A stretch of DNA of 64,000 bases from Rhodospirillales bacterium BBD 1991-14 (GTDB lineage Bacteria > Pseudomonadota > Alphaproteobacteria > Kiloniellales > Kiloniellaceae), in NCBI GenBank assembly GCA_001657395.1, contig LYSY01000012.1:18909-82908 (forward strand). Reading direction: 5' to 3'. Shown one piece after another: positions 18,195 through 28,036 of this stretch (position 1 is its first letter; every line of letters begins with the position of its first letter). Position numbers and translations under genes: made by a program. The notes under the pieces are model-generated. The model saw nothing but the letters and a program-made list of their open reading frames with translations, had not been told where the DNA came from and made no database searches.

Positions 18195-19924
18195 GCCGAG
18201 AGCTCCCGCTGTCCCTGCGGATCGTCGGCTTCGCTGTGGGGCGGCGAGATGCCGTTCTGGATCAGGGCGGCCGCGCGCGAGGCGGCGTCGCGGAAGGGCA
18301 TCAGCACCAGGTCCGCTCCTCCCGCCTCCAGCGCGTCGGCGGTCTCTTCCTGATGGGCGGCCACAGCGATCCGCCCGCCGAACTTCAGGTCGGTGAGGGA
18401 GCGGATGAGCGAGCGCCGCGGGTCGTCGTGCGAGACGCCGGTGTCGTGCTCCGGCACCGCGGAGACCGCCCAGCGCGCCTGGCCGAGGGGCAGATGGGCG
18501 AGGAACTCGGGGTCCGTCGCGTCGCCGAAGACGACATCGAAGCCACGCTCGCGGGCGTGGCGTACTGCCACAGGATTGAAGTCGACGCCCAGGACCCGCC
18601 AGCCGGCGCGGCTCAGTTCCTGGGCGATTCCCATGCCATAGCGGCCAAGTCCGAAGATCAGCACATCGCAGGCCGCGGTTTTGGCGGAAAGGCTTGCGTC
18701 TTCGGCCTGCCCGGCGGAGCGCCGCTCGAAGGGGCCGAGCAGGGGTTCGATCCGGCCGTAGATCTGATGAGAGTAGGTGATCATGTAGGTGGAGACGGCG
18801 ATGGTGATCAGGCCGACCAGGGTGACAAGGCCCAGCGCATCCTCTGCCACATGGCCGATCGACACGCCCATGGCCATGAAGATCAGCGAGAACTCGCTGA
18901 TCTGCGCGACGGTGAGGCCGGCGAGAAAGCCGGTGCGCTTGCGGTAGCCCATGGCCCCCATGATCGCCAGCACGATCAGCGGATTGCCGATGAGCACGAA
19001 GAGCGAAAAGATCACGGCGGCGAAGACGCTGGCGCCCAGGACCGAGAGGTCCAGCGAGGCGCCCAGCGCGATGAAGAAGAACAGCAGCAGGAAGTCGCGC
19101 AGCGAGGCGAGGCGCGCGGAGATCGCCTCGCGGAACGGTGTCGAGGCCAGCGAGACGCCGGCGAGCAGGCCGCCCAGTTCCTTGCCGAAGCCCAGGTAGT
19201 GGCCGAGAGCCGCCAGCAGAGCGGCCCAGCCGATGGCGAAGGAGACCAGAAGCTCCGGCGCGCGCGAAAGGCGCTCGACCAGCGGGTTGGCGAGGAAGCG
19301 CACGAAGAGGCCAACCGCGACCAGCATGGCCGCGCCATAGCCGAAAACCAGCAGCACGTCGGAGAAGGCCGCGTCGCCCCCGGTGCCCACGCCGATGGCC
19401 GAGAGCACGATCATCGCCAGCACGACAACCACATCCTGGACGATCAGGAAGCCGAGGGCGATGCGCCCGTGCAGGGAGTCGATCTCCCGCTTGTCGGACA
19501 GCAGCTTCACGATGATGATCGTCGACGAAAAGGTCAGCGCGACGGCGACATAGAGGCTCGTCAGGGTGCCGAGGCCGAGCGCCAGGCCGATCAGGAACCC
19601 GAAGATGGTGGTGAAGGCGACCTGTCCCAGCCCGGTCATCAGGGCAATGGGGCCCAGGGTGCGCACCAGCTTAAGGTCGAGCTTCAGACCGACCAGGAAC
19701 AGCAGCACGGCGATGCCGAGTTCGGCCAGAAGGTCGATGTGCTCGTCGGACTTGGCGATGTCGAAGACGGAAGGGCCGGCCAGGATGCCGACCGCGATAA
19801 AGCTCACGATCAAGGGCTGGCGCAGCATCAGACCGACGAAGCCGACGCTGGCCGCCAGCACCAGAAGGGCTGCGATTTCGTAGAAGATGTAACCGCCGAT
19901 GGCCTCGCTCATGACCTCGCTCAT
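18191..19924 (-). CDS. CPA2 (Kef-type) cation:proton antiporter with C-terminal TrkA-N/KTN domain
   Basis: LLFLVGL, FSSTIIIVKLL, IVQD, AQISEFS. C-terminal GLGRYG and FGDATD. Confidence 0.92.
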   Translation of the reverse strand: MSEVMSEAIGGYIFYEIAALLVLAASVGFVGLMLRQPLIVSFIAVGILAGPSVFDIAKSDEHIDLLAELGIAVLLFLVGLKLDLKLVRTLGPIALMTGLGQVAFTTIFGFLIGLALGLGTLTSLYVAVALTFSSTIIIVKLLSDKREIDSLHGRIALGFLIVQDVVVVLAMIVLSAIGVGTGGDAAFSDVLLVFGYGAAMLVAVGLFVRFLANPLVERLSRAPELLVSFAIGWAALLAALGHYLGFGKELGGLLAGVSLASTPFREAISARLASLRDFLLLFFFIALGASLDLSVLGASVFAAVIFSLFVLIGNPLIVLAIMGAMGYRKRTGFLAGLTVAQISEFSLIFMAMGVSIGHVAEDALGLVTLVGLITIAVSTYMITYSHQIYGRIEPLLGPFERRSAGQAEDASLSAKTAACDVLIFGLGRYGMGIAQELSRAGWRVLGVDFNPVAVRHARERGFDVVFGDATDPEFLAHLPLGQARWAVSAVPEHDTGVSHDDPRRSLIRSLTDLKFGGRIAVAAHQEETADALEAGGADLVLMPFRDAASRAAALIQNGISPPHSEADDPQGQRELSA

Positions 19925-22722
19925 GATTGGCGCGGCCGTGCTGTCAGCGGGCTATGCGGAGATTCCGTGCGGCCGATCCCGAAGATGCGCTGGCGCAGGC
20001 GCTTCTCCAGCTCCAGGATCAGCATCACCGCCACGCCGACGGCGACGATCTGCAGTCCCTCGAGAAGGCTGAGCGGCCGGGTGTCGAAGAAGGCTTCCAT
20101 GAAGGGCGCATAGGTGAAGAGGAACTGCAGCGCCGTTACGGCCGTGATGGCGATCAGCACCGGCTTGGTTCCGACGACGCCCCTGAGCGTCAGGGAGGTG
20201 TCGTTCAGATAGCGGACGGAGAAGAGGTAGAAGATCTCCATCACCACCAGGGTGTTGACGGCGACAGTCCGCGCTTCCTCGATGCTGGCGCCCTGGGCCT
20301 GGGCCAGGGCGAATTTGCCGAAGATCCCGCCGCAAAACAGCAGGGAGACGAAGGCCACCCGCCAGACCACGAAGGCCGAGAGAATCGCTTCGCCCGGCGC
20401 GCGGGGCGGGCGGCGCATGACGCCCCGCTCCGAGGCCTCGAAGGCCAGGGTCATGGCCAGCACCACCGAGCTCACCATGTTGATCCAGAGGATCTGCACG
20501 GGGGTGATCGGCAGGGTGAGGCTGAAGAGGATGGCGATGATAAGGCTCAAGGACTCGCCGCCGTTTACCGGCAGCAGGAAGATGATCGCCTTCTTGAGGT
20601 TGTCGTAGACCGTACGCCCGGCTTTCACCGCGGCGGCGATGGTGGCGAAGTTGTCGTCGGCGAGAACGATTTCCGCGGCTTCCTTGGCGGCTTCGGTGCC
20701 CTTGCGGCCCATGGCGATGCCGATGTCGGCGCGCTTCAGGGCCGGGGCGTCGTTGACCCCGTCGCCGGTCATGGCGACCACCGCGCCGCTGGCCTGCAGC
20801 GCCTCGACCAGCCTCAGCTTGTGTTCCGGGCTGGTCCGGGCGAAGACGTCCACCTCCGCGGCGCGGCGGCTGAGGGTCTCCGCATCCAGGCCGTCGATCT
20901 CGGCGCCCTGCAGCACATCGCGGGTGTTCTCGAGGTTGAGCTGGCGTGCAATGGCCTGGGCCGTACCGGCGTGATCGCCGGTGATCATCTTCACCCGGAT
21001 GCCGGCGGCGCGGCAGTCCGCCACCGCGGCCACGGCCTCCTCGCGCGGCGGATCGATCAGGCCGACCAGCCCGAGCAGCGTCAGGCCATCGGCCACGTCG
21101 TCGAAGCGCAGGGCGCTGTGCTCCCAGGGTGTCCTCTTGCTGGCGATGGCCAGCACGCGCTGGCCCTCGGCGGCGATCGCATCGGCGCGGCGGTGCCAGT
21201 AGTCCCTGTCCAGCGGCTCTGTGCGCCCGTCATCGTGATGCTGCCACTGGCACATCTCCAGCAGGCGTTCCGGCGCGCCCTTCACGTAGATTGCCGCCTG
21301 ACCGCTGTGGTCGTGGTGCAGGCTGGCCATGAAGCGGTGCTGGGAATCGAAGGGGATTGAATCGGTGCGGGGGTGGGCGCCGCGCTCGAAAGCCGGGTCG
21401 AGACCGGCCTTGTGGGCCAAGGTGACCAGCGCACCCTCCATGGGATCGCCGACCACGTGCCAGTCGTCGCCCTGTGCCGTGAGCTCCGCCTCACTGCAGA
21501 GAAAGGCGGCGCGGGTCAGCCCGGCCAGGAGGGGAAAGTCCCCGGCCTCGATATCGCGCCCCTCGATGTCAGGTCCCTCGATATTGGGCCCTGCGAGCGC
21601 GAAGCCGCCGTGCGGCGCATAGCCCGTGCCGGAGACCGCGAAGAGCTGGCGTGCGGTGGCCACGGAGGCGACGGTCATCTCGTTCTTGGTGAGCGTGCCG
21701 GTCTTATCAGAGCAGATGACCGAGACCGAGCCCAGGGCCTCGATCGCCGGCAGCCGGCGGACGATGGCGTGGCGCGCCGCCATGCCCTGAACGCCGATGG
21801 CGAGGGTGACGGTCAGGATGGCCGGCAGGCCCTCCGGGATGGCGGCCACCGAGAGGCCGACAACGGCCATGAAGAGCTCGCTGAAGCCGTAGTCCCCGAG
21901 CGTCAGGCCGAAGACAAGAATCGCGGCACTGGCCGCCAGGATGAACAGGGTCAGCCACTTCGCGAAGACCGCCATCTGGCGAATCAGGGGCGTGGTGGTC
22001 GACTGCACCTCGGCAATCAGCGCGCTGACCTGGCCCAGCTCCGTCGCGGCCCCGGTCGCCACGGCAACGCCGCGGCCCTGACCGGCCGCCACCAGAGTGC
22101 CGCTGAAGGCCAGGCAACTGCGGTCGCCGAGGGGGGCCTCGCCGGCGACCGGCGTCGTCGCCTTGTCGACCGCAACGGATTCGCCCGTCAGGACGGCTTC
22201 CTGGACCTTCAGTCCCCGGGTGTCGAGCAGCCTGAGGTCAGCGGGCACGCGATCGCCGGCTTCCAGGATGACGATGTCGCCGGGAACGATGTCCTCGCCG
22301 TCGACGGTCTGCCGCCGTCCTGCGCGCAGCACGGTTGCTTTGGGGGCCAGCATGTCGCGGATGGCGGCCAGCGCCCGTTCGGCCTTGCCTTCCTGAATGA
22401 AGCCGATCACCGCGTTCACGAAGACCACCGCGACGATGACCCCGGTGTCGACCAGGTGGCCCAGGGCCGCTGTGGTGGCCGCCGCCGCCAGCAGCACGTA
22501 TATCAGGAGGTTGTGAAACTGACGCAGGAAGCGCAGCAAGGGCCCCTGCCGCTTGGGCTCCGGCAGACGGTTGTGGCCGAAGCGCGCAAGCCGCGCGGAG
22601 GTTTCCTGATCATCAAGCCCCTGCTCGGCGCTCGCGGAGAGGGCTTCCAGGGCTTCCTGATGCGGCCGGTTGTGCCAGGTGGTCGGCGCTTGTTTTTCCG
22701 GGCCAGCCTCTACGCGAGGCAT
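19921..22722 (-). CDS. P-type cation-transporting ATPase (type IIA, PacL/Ca2+-like)
   Basis: TGES, IPEGLP, CSDKTGTLT, KGAPE, MITGD, TGDGVNDAPAL. Confidence 0.96.
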   Translation of the reverse strand: MPRVEAGPEKQAPTTWHNRPHQEALEALSASAEQGLDDQETSARLARFGHNRLPEPKRQGPLLRFLRQFHNLLIYVLLAAAATTAALGHLVDTGVIVAVVFVNAVIGFIQEGKAERALAAIRDMLAPKATVLRAGRRQTVDGEDIVPGDIVILEAGDRVPADLRLLDTRGLKVQEAVLTGESVAVDKATTPVAGEAPLGDRSCLAFSGTLVAAGQGRGVAVATGAATELGQVSALIAEVQSTTTPLIRQMAVFAKWLTLFILAASAAILVFGLTLGDYGFSELFMAVVGLSVAAIPEGLPAILTVTLAIGVQGMAARHAIVRRLPAIEALGSVSVICSDKTGTLTKNEMTVASVATARQLFAVSGTGYAPHGGFALAGPNIEGPDIEGRDIEAGDFPLLAGLTRAAFLCSEAELTAQGDDWHVVGDPMEGALVTLAHKAGLDPAFERGAHPRTDSIPFDSQHRFMASLHHDHSGQAAIYVKGAPERLLEMCQWQHHDDGRTEPLDRDYWHRRADAIAAEGQRVLAIASKRTPWEHSALRFDDVADGLTLLGLVGLIDPPREEAVAAVADCRAAGIRVKMITGDHAGTAQAIARQLNLENTRDVLQGAEIDGLDAETLSRRAAEVDVFARTSPEHKLRLVEALQASGAVVAMTGDGVNDAPALKRADIGIAMGRKGTEAAKEAAEIVLADDNFATIAAAVKAGRTVYDNLKKAIIFLLPVNGGESLSLIIAILFSLTLPITPVQILWINMVSSVVLAMTLAFEASERGVMRRPPRAPGEAILSAFVVWRVAFVSLLFCGGIFGKFALAQAQGASIEEARTVAVNTLVVMEIFYLFSVRYLNDTSLTLRGVVGTKPVLIAITAVTALQFLFTYAPFMEAFFDTRPLSLLEGLQIVAVGVAVMLILELEKRLRQRIFGIGRTESPHSPLTARPRQS

Positions 22723-22741
22723 GCCGGCACCGCTCGATCAC

Positions 22742-22801
22742 TCCGGTTGGCATTCCGGCTGGCGCCCCGGTTGGCATCCCGGTTGGCATCCCGACTGGGC
22801 A
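22742..22801. repeat. 12-bp tandem repeat (YCCGGTTGGCAT-like, about 5 copies)
   Basis: tccggttggcat tccggctggcgc cccggttggcat cccggttggcat cccgactgggca, lying between the HTH gene and the ATPase. Confidence 0.8.
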
Positions 22802-22809
22802 GGGTATCT

Positions 22810-23019
22810 TCAGCCGTCCTTCGTTTCCTTGCCACAGCTCGGCGCGCGCGTGGCGTGTTCATTTACAAAGGCCTCCAGGTCCTCGACAGCCACCCGGAAC
22901 TCGCGGCCCAGTCGTATTGCGCGAAGTTCTTCATGGTGGATCCAAGACCGCACAGTCGACTCCCGCACTTTCAGGAGCTCTGCAATTTCCTGTGTGGTCA
23001 TGAATGGTTTACTGAGCAT
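22810..23019 (-). CDS. Small excisionase-like (HTH_17) DNA-binding protein
   Basis: MTTQEIAELLKVRESTVRSWI..ELRAIRLGREFRV...DL..F. Confidence 0.85.
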   Translation of the reverse strand: MLSKPFMTTQEIAELLKVRESTVRSWIHHEELRAIRLGREFRVAVEDLEAFVNEHATRAPSCGKETKDG

Positions 23020-23138
23020 GCTTCGGTCCCGCTGGGAATCATATAAGACTGCCGAGGGCCGTTCAAAGTGTTTCGGGCGGTTTGATCGCTTTTCAGGGGG
23101 CAGTTCGATCGGCGCCGGCCAATCCGTCGAGCCTGCGT

Positions 23139-24338
23139 TCAGGCGGCGGTTTTCTTCACCAGCAGGTTCTGGTCCGGGGAGAACTGGCGGATCAGCGGCA
23201 GGATCGCGGCGCCGCAGACCCGCGCCCGGGGACCCACGTTGCCGCGGCGGATCTCCAGCGGACTGGTGCCGGTGAGGTCGATCCCGGTCAGCGCCGCCCG
23301 GACGTCGGCGACAAAGGCTTCGACCTCCTCGCCGTGCAGCATGGCGTCGATGACGACGCCCTCGAAGTCGATGATGCTGATGGCCGCAGCGATCGCCTGG
23401 GCGATGGGCGGGGCCGCACTGCGCCGCCAGCGGGCAAAGGCCTCGGCCGCGCGGGGGTCGCGCACCAGATCGGCAATCATGCCGTCGCCGCTTATGCCTG
23501 CCTTGCGGACCTCGTCCGTCAGGCGAAACAGCGAGCCCTGGCGGATCAACTGCTCAAGTCGGCCATCCGCCGCAGCGACGGGAATGGACCCGATCGCACC
23601 CGCGTTGCGCCGCGTGCCTTCGAAGAGGCGTCCGTCGATCACCACGCCGCCGCCGACGAAGGTGCCGACGTAGATGTAGAGCGCCGACGAAAAGGTGAGC
23701 GCGCCGCCCAGGGTCATCTCCGCGGCGCAGGCCGCCGTGGCGTCGTTGTGCACTTCGACCGGCAGGCCGGTCAGTTCGGCAACGGCAGCGGCGATGTCGA
23801 CCTTGTCCCAGTCCGCCAGCTCGCTGGGGTCGAGCCCCATCACGTCGGTCCAGGCCGAAAGCTGGCCGGGCATGGCGACGCCGACGCCGACGATGCGGCT
23901 GCGCAGCGTCTCCTCCAGGCCGTCCAGCAGGCCGGTCAACTCGCGCCGCAGCAGGGCCGTGACTTCGACCCGGCGCGGCGCGGGGTAGGGAAACTGCCGG
24001 TATTCGACCGCCTGGCCGTGAAAGTCCACCAGCATCAGTTCCAGGCTGCGGCGCCCGATCTTGACCCCGAGCGAGAGCACGCCCCGGGCGTTCAGGGCGA
24101 TGGGGGTATGGGGCTGGCCCACCTTGCCGCGCACCTTCTTTTCCTTGCGGACCAGGCCTTCCTTCAGAAGGGTGTTGACGATGACCGAGACGGCCTGGGC
24201 GCTGAGGCCGGTGTGGCGGGCGATCTCGGCTTTCGGCAGGGCTCCGGCCTGGCGGATCAGATCCAGGATCATCCGCTTGTTGTAGGCCCTGAGGCCGACC
24301 TGATCGCCGCCGCGGATCTGAAAGTCACCCTCGCTCAT
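23139..24338 (-). CDS. frcR: ROK-family transcriptional repressor (FrcR-like)
   Basis: N-terminal HTH (AEIARHTGLSAQAVS), GKVGQP, NDATAACAAE, VGGG. Divergent from frcBCA. Confidence 0.85.
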   Translation of the reverse strand: MSEGDFQIRGGDQVGLRAYNKRMILDLIRQAGALPKAEIARHTGLSAQAVSVIVNTLLKEGLVRKEKKVRGKVGQPHTPIALNARGVLSLGVKIGRRSLELMLVDFHGQAVEYRQFPYPAPRRVEVTALLRRELTGLLDGLEETLRSRIVGVGVAMPGQLSAWTDVMGLDPSELADWDKVDIAAAVAELTGLPVEVHNDATAACAAEMTLGGALTFSSALYIYVGTFVGGGVVIDGRLFEGTRRNAGAIGSIPVAAADGRLEQLIRQGSLFRLTDEVRKAGISGDGMIADLVRDPRAAEAFARWRRSAAPPIAQAIAAAISIIDFEGVVIDAMLHGEEVEAFVADVRAALTGIDLTGTSPLEIRRGNVGPRARVCGAAILPLIRQFSPDQNLLVKKTAA

Positions 24339-24443
24339 GATGGTCTTCGCGCCTTGGCTCCCGCCGCCGGAAAGGTGCCGGCCCGCGCGCCTCCCGGCCC
24401 ACGGACTGCTGCGACAGAATGCGGCTTTCCCCTGCGCGGAGCA

Positions 24444-24555
24444 AATAATTCTTATTGATTTATTATTTGCGGGCGATGCAACCCTGGGGCTTGCCCGCCT
24501 CTGCAGGGTGCTTCGAGGCGGCCTTGGGGCAATAAAAAACTCAATGTGATTTATT
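24444..24555. promoter_or_regulatory. Two candidate ROK (FrcR) operators in the divergent promoter
   Basis: AATAATTC-N5-GATTTATT at 24444-24464 and a related site ending TC-N5-GATTTATT at about 24535-24555. The second abuts TTGACA at 24558-24563. Confidence 0.65.
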
Positions 24556-24694
24556 TATTGACAGCCGAGGAGGCGGGCGGTTAAATCGAACCATAAGGAG
24601 CAGGCTGCGCCCATCAGGCCGGCCCGGCAAGAAGCTCCGTGCCAATGAAGTTCAAACGCTCTTAGGCCAAACGCTCTTAGGGAGGAGCTCTATC

Positions 24695-25732
24695 ATGAAG
24701 TCCGCCATGAAGTATGGTGTCATCGGAACGATCACGGCCGCGGGCCTGATGGCCCTGGTCGGCCTGTCGGCGCCGGCCCAGGCCGACGACGTCATCATCG
24801 GTCTCATCACCAAGACCAACACGAACCCCTTTTTCGTGAAGATGCGCGAAGGCGCCCAGGCCAAGGCCGAGGAACTGGGGGCCGAACTGCGCACCTTCGC
24901 CGGCAAGTACGACGGCGACAACGCGGCGCAGATCGAGGCTATCGAAAGCCTGGTCGCCGCCGGCGCCAAGGGCATCCTGATCACCCCCTCCGATCCGGCG
25001 GGGCTGGCCGACACCGTGCGCCGCGCGCGCGAGGCCGGGTTGCTGGTGATTGCCCTCGACACACCCTTCGATCCGCCGGAGGTTGCCGATGCAACCTTCG
25101 CCACCGACAACTTCCGCGCCGGCGAACTGATCGGCCAGTGGGCCGCGGCCAAGATGGGCGATACGGCCCAGGCCAAGATCGCCACCCTGGATCTCTCCGA
25201 AGCGCAGATCACCGTGGATGTGCTGCGCAACCAGGGCTTCCTGAAAGGGTTCGGTGTCGATACGAAGAACATCAACAAGATGTACGACGAGGACGATCCA
25301 CGTCTGGTCGGCGGCGACTCCACCCTGGGCTCGGAGGAGGGCGGACGCACGGCCATCGAGAACCTGATGCAGAGAGACCCGGGCATCAACGTCATCCACA
25401 CCATCAACGAGCCTGCCGCCGCCGGCGCCTACGAGGGCCTCAAGTCCTTCGGCATGGCCGGCAAGGTGCTGATCGTCTCGGTCGACGGCGGTTGCCCAGG
25501 CGTGCAGAACGTCAAGGAAGGCATCATCGGTGCGACCTCCATGCAGTTCCCGCTGCGCATGGCCTCGCTCGGCGTCGAAGCGGTGGTGGAGTTCGCCAAA
25601 TCCGGCAAGAAGCCGGAGAACACGGCGGGCCTGAGCTTCTTCGACACCGGCGTCGAACTGGTGACCGACGAGCCGGTCGACGGCCTTCCCTCGATTTCCT
25701 CGGAAGAAGCGCTGGCCAAGTGTTGGGGCTGA
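24695..25732 (+). CDS. frcB: Fructose/ribose-type sugar ABC substrate-binding protein
   Basis: Signal peptide, [42 protein letters not shown]-terminal CWG. Confidence 0.88.
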   Translation: MKSAMKYGVIGTITAAGLMALVGLSAPAQADDVIIGLITKTNTNPFFVKMREGAQAKAEELGAELRTFAGKYDGDNAAQIEAIESLVAAGAKGILITPSDPAGLADTVRRAREAGLLVIALDTPFDPPEVADATFATDNFRAGELIGQWAAAKMGDTAQAKIATLDLSEAQITVDVLRNQGFLKGFGVDTKNINKMYDEDDPRLVGGDSTLGSEEGGRTAIENLMQRDPGINVIHTINEPAAAGAYEGLKSFGMAGKVLIVSVDGGCPGVQNVKEGIIGATSMQFPLRMASLGVEAVVEFAKSGKKPENTAGLSFFDTGVELVTDEPVDGLPSISSEEALAKCWG

Positions 25733-25890
25733 GGCGCCGGTAAGGCGTTCCCCGCGTCAGCACGCGGGGGGATGGGAGGGCAGCGGCCCCAGGCGCCGTG
25801 CCCTCCCGCAGGCCGCAAATCCAAAGCCCAGACGCAGGGCCCGGGCATCGCACAGTATGGCCGGACCCTCTAACCGGGGAGGAAACCGCT

Positions 25891-27111
25891 ATGGCCGATG
25901 ATCAGGCCGCGCCGCGGGGGCCGCAGGACTTCGAGAAGGTCCTCGACAAGAGCGCAACCGAGGTCGCATCCTTTGACGTGCGCGACAAGTCTGCGCTCGT
26001 ACGCTTCCACTACTTCCTGCACGCCAACCCGACCGCTGCGCCGGTCGTGGTCCTGATGGTGAGCTGTATCGTCTTCGGCGTGATCGCCAACAACTTCTTC
26101 TCGGCCTTTAACCTGTCGCTGATCATTCAGCAGGTGACGATCATCGGCATCCTGGGTGCGGCCCAGACCCTGGTGATTCTCACCGCGGGCATCGACCTCA
26201 GCGTCGCCGCGGTGATGGTGCTGAGCTACATGGTGATGGCGCGCCTTGCGGTGCAGGGCGATGTCCCCTCGCTACTCGCCGTGATCATCGGCCTGGCCGT
26301 CGGCCTTGCCTGCGGGCTCTTCAACGGCAGCCTGGTCACGCGCACCCGCCTGCTGCCGGTGGCTGTGGCGGTGCTGAGCTGGGTGCTGCTCTACAGCTTC
26401 GGCCTGCCGCTGATCTATATCGTGCCGATCGGCATGATTGCGGCCCTGGCCGTCGGCTGGTTCAGCCTCGGCCCGGCGCTGGAGGTGCGTCTGCCGCCCT
26501 TTATCGTCACCCTCGGCGCATGGTCGATCTTCTTTGCCCTGAACCTCTGGTATTCGGAATCGGAGACCATCCGCAGCCAGGACATCGACGCCGCCGCACC
26601 CTTGCTGAAGGTCTTCGGGCTGCGCGTGGAAATTCTGGGGGCGCAGTTCACCCTGGGCTCCTTTCTGATGATCGGGATCTTCACCGTCCTCTGGTATGCC
26701 CTCACCTGGACTGCCTGGGGGCGTGCGGTCTATGCCGTCGGCGACGACAAGGAGGCCGCGGAGCTGTCCGGCATCCGCACCGACCGGGTCCTGCTTTCGG
26801 TCTACGGCGTTGCCGGCCTGCTCTGCGCCATCGGCGGCTGGGCGGCTATCGGGCGCGTCGGCTCCGCCTCGCCGCAGTCGTTCTACGAGGCCAACCTGGA
26901 TGCCATCACTGCAGTGGTGATCGGCGGCACCTCGCTGTTCGGCGGCAGGGGGGCGATCTTCGGCACGCTCTTCGGCGCGCTCATCGTCGGTGTGTTCCGC
27001 TCCGGCCTCAAGCTGGGCGGCGTCGATGTGCTCTGGCAGACCTTCGCCGTGGGGCTGCTGATCATCGTCGCCGTCGCCATGGACCAGTGGATCAGGAGGG
27101 TCAGCGCATGA
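25891..27111 (+). CDS. frcC: Sugar ABC permease
   Basis: ILTAGIDLSV, LPPFIVTLG, AITAVVIGGTSLFGGRG, DQWIRR. Confidence 0.88.
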   Translation: MADDQAAPRGPQDFEKVLDKSATEVASFDVRDKSALVRFHYFLHANPTAAPVVVLMVSCIVFGVIANNFFSAFNLSLIIQQVTIIGILGAAQTLVILTAGIDLSVAAVMVLSYMVMARLAVQGDVPSLLAVIIGLAVGLACGLFNGSLVTRTRLLPVAVAVLSWVLLYSFGLPLIYIVPIGMIAALAVGWFSLGPALEVRLPPFIVTLGAWSIFFALNLWYSESETIRSQDIDAAAPLLKVFGLRVEILGAQFTLGSFLMIGIFTVLWYALTWTAWGRAVYAVGDDKEAAELSGIRTDRVLLSVYGVAGLLCAIGGWAAIGRVGSASPQSFYEANLDAITAVVIGGTSLFGGRGAIFGTLFGALIVGVFRSGLKLGGVDVLWQTFAVGLLIIVAVAMDQWIRRVSA

Positions 27112-27908
27112 GCCAGCAGCCCGTTATGACCGGCCGTGGCCTGACCAAGCGCTATGGCCGTGTCACCGCCATGGACCGTGCCGACTTCGAGATCTTTCCC
27201 GGCGAGGTCCTGGCCATCATCGGCGACAACGGTGCCGGCAAGTCGACCCTCGTCAAGGCGCTCTGCGGCGCCGTGCAGGTCGACGAGGGGGAGATCCGGC
27301 TCGATGGCGAGCCGGTCAACTTCGCCTCGCCGATGGACGCGCGCGACGCCGGCATAGAAACCGTCTACCAGAACCTGGCGCTTTCGCCGGCGCTTTCGAT
27401 CGCCGACAACATGTTCCTCGGCCGGGAGCTTTACAAGGACGGCATTGCCGGCTCGCTGTTCCGGATGCTCGACAAAAAGCGTATGCGCGACTTCGCGCGG
27501 GAGAAGCTGACCGAACTCGGGCTGATGACGGTGCAGTCCATCACCCAGACCGTCGAGACCCTCTCGGGCGGCCAGCGCCAGGGCGTGGCGGTGGCCCGCG
27601 CCGCCGCCTTTGCCACCAAGTTCGTCATCATGGACGAGCCGACGGCGGCCCTCGGCGTCAAGGAGAGCCGCCGCGTGCTGGAGCTGATCCAGGATGTCAG
27701 GGCCCGCGGCATGCCGATCGTTCTGATCTCCCACAACATGCCGCATGTCTTCGAGGTGGCCGACCGCATCCATATTCACCGGCTCAGCCGGCGTCATGCC
27801 GTGATCCGGCCGCAAGACTTCTCCATGTCCGACGCCGTGGCGATCATGACCGGCGCCATGGAGCCGCCGGACGACATCGCCCTGCCGGAGGGCGCAGTTT
27901 TGAACTGA
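27108..27908 (+). CDS. frcA: Sugar ABC ATP-binding protein
   Basis: GDNGAGKS, LSGGQRQ, MDEPTAALG, ISHNMPHV. ATGA overlap with frcC. Confidence 0.9.
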   Translation: MSQQPVMTGRGLTKRYGRVTAMDRADFEIFPGEVLAIIGDNGAGKSTLVKALCGAVQVDEGEIRLDGEPVNFASPMDARDAGIETVYQNLALSPALSIADNMFLGRELYKDGIAGSLFRMLDKKRMRDFAREKLTELGLMTVQSITQTVETLSGGQRQGVAVARAAAFATKFVIMDEPTAALGVKESRRVLELIQDVRARGMPIVLISHNMPHVFEVADRIHIHRLSRRHAVIRPQDFSMSDAVAIMTGAMEPPDDIALPEGAVLN

Positions 27909-28036
27909 GTTGGTGAATTAGGACAGTGACTTGACATGAACGATCTCCCTGGGGCGGCCGGATCAGGCACGGCCGCCAACCTTGTGGGGTGCGAAGCCAG
28001 GCGACGGGGACCCGCCGCTTCGCGCCCCTCTTCCTT

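Noticed and set aside
22810..23019. Excisionase marking a prophage or ICE
   Set aside because: There is no integrase, att-like repeat, tRNA or phage gene in the window.
23082..23095. FNR/FixK box upstream of the HTH-ATPase-USP operon
   Set aside because: Only the TTGAT half matches. The second half reads TTTCA instead of ATCAA.
26520..27107. N-terminal extensions in the ORF track (frcA from 26520, msr from 58921, di-heme enzyme from 29126, potD from 9177)
   Set aside because: They overlap other genes or regulatory DNA. Downstream starts with SD sequences, signal peptides or stop-start overlaps fit better.
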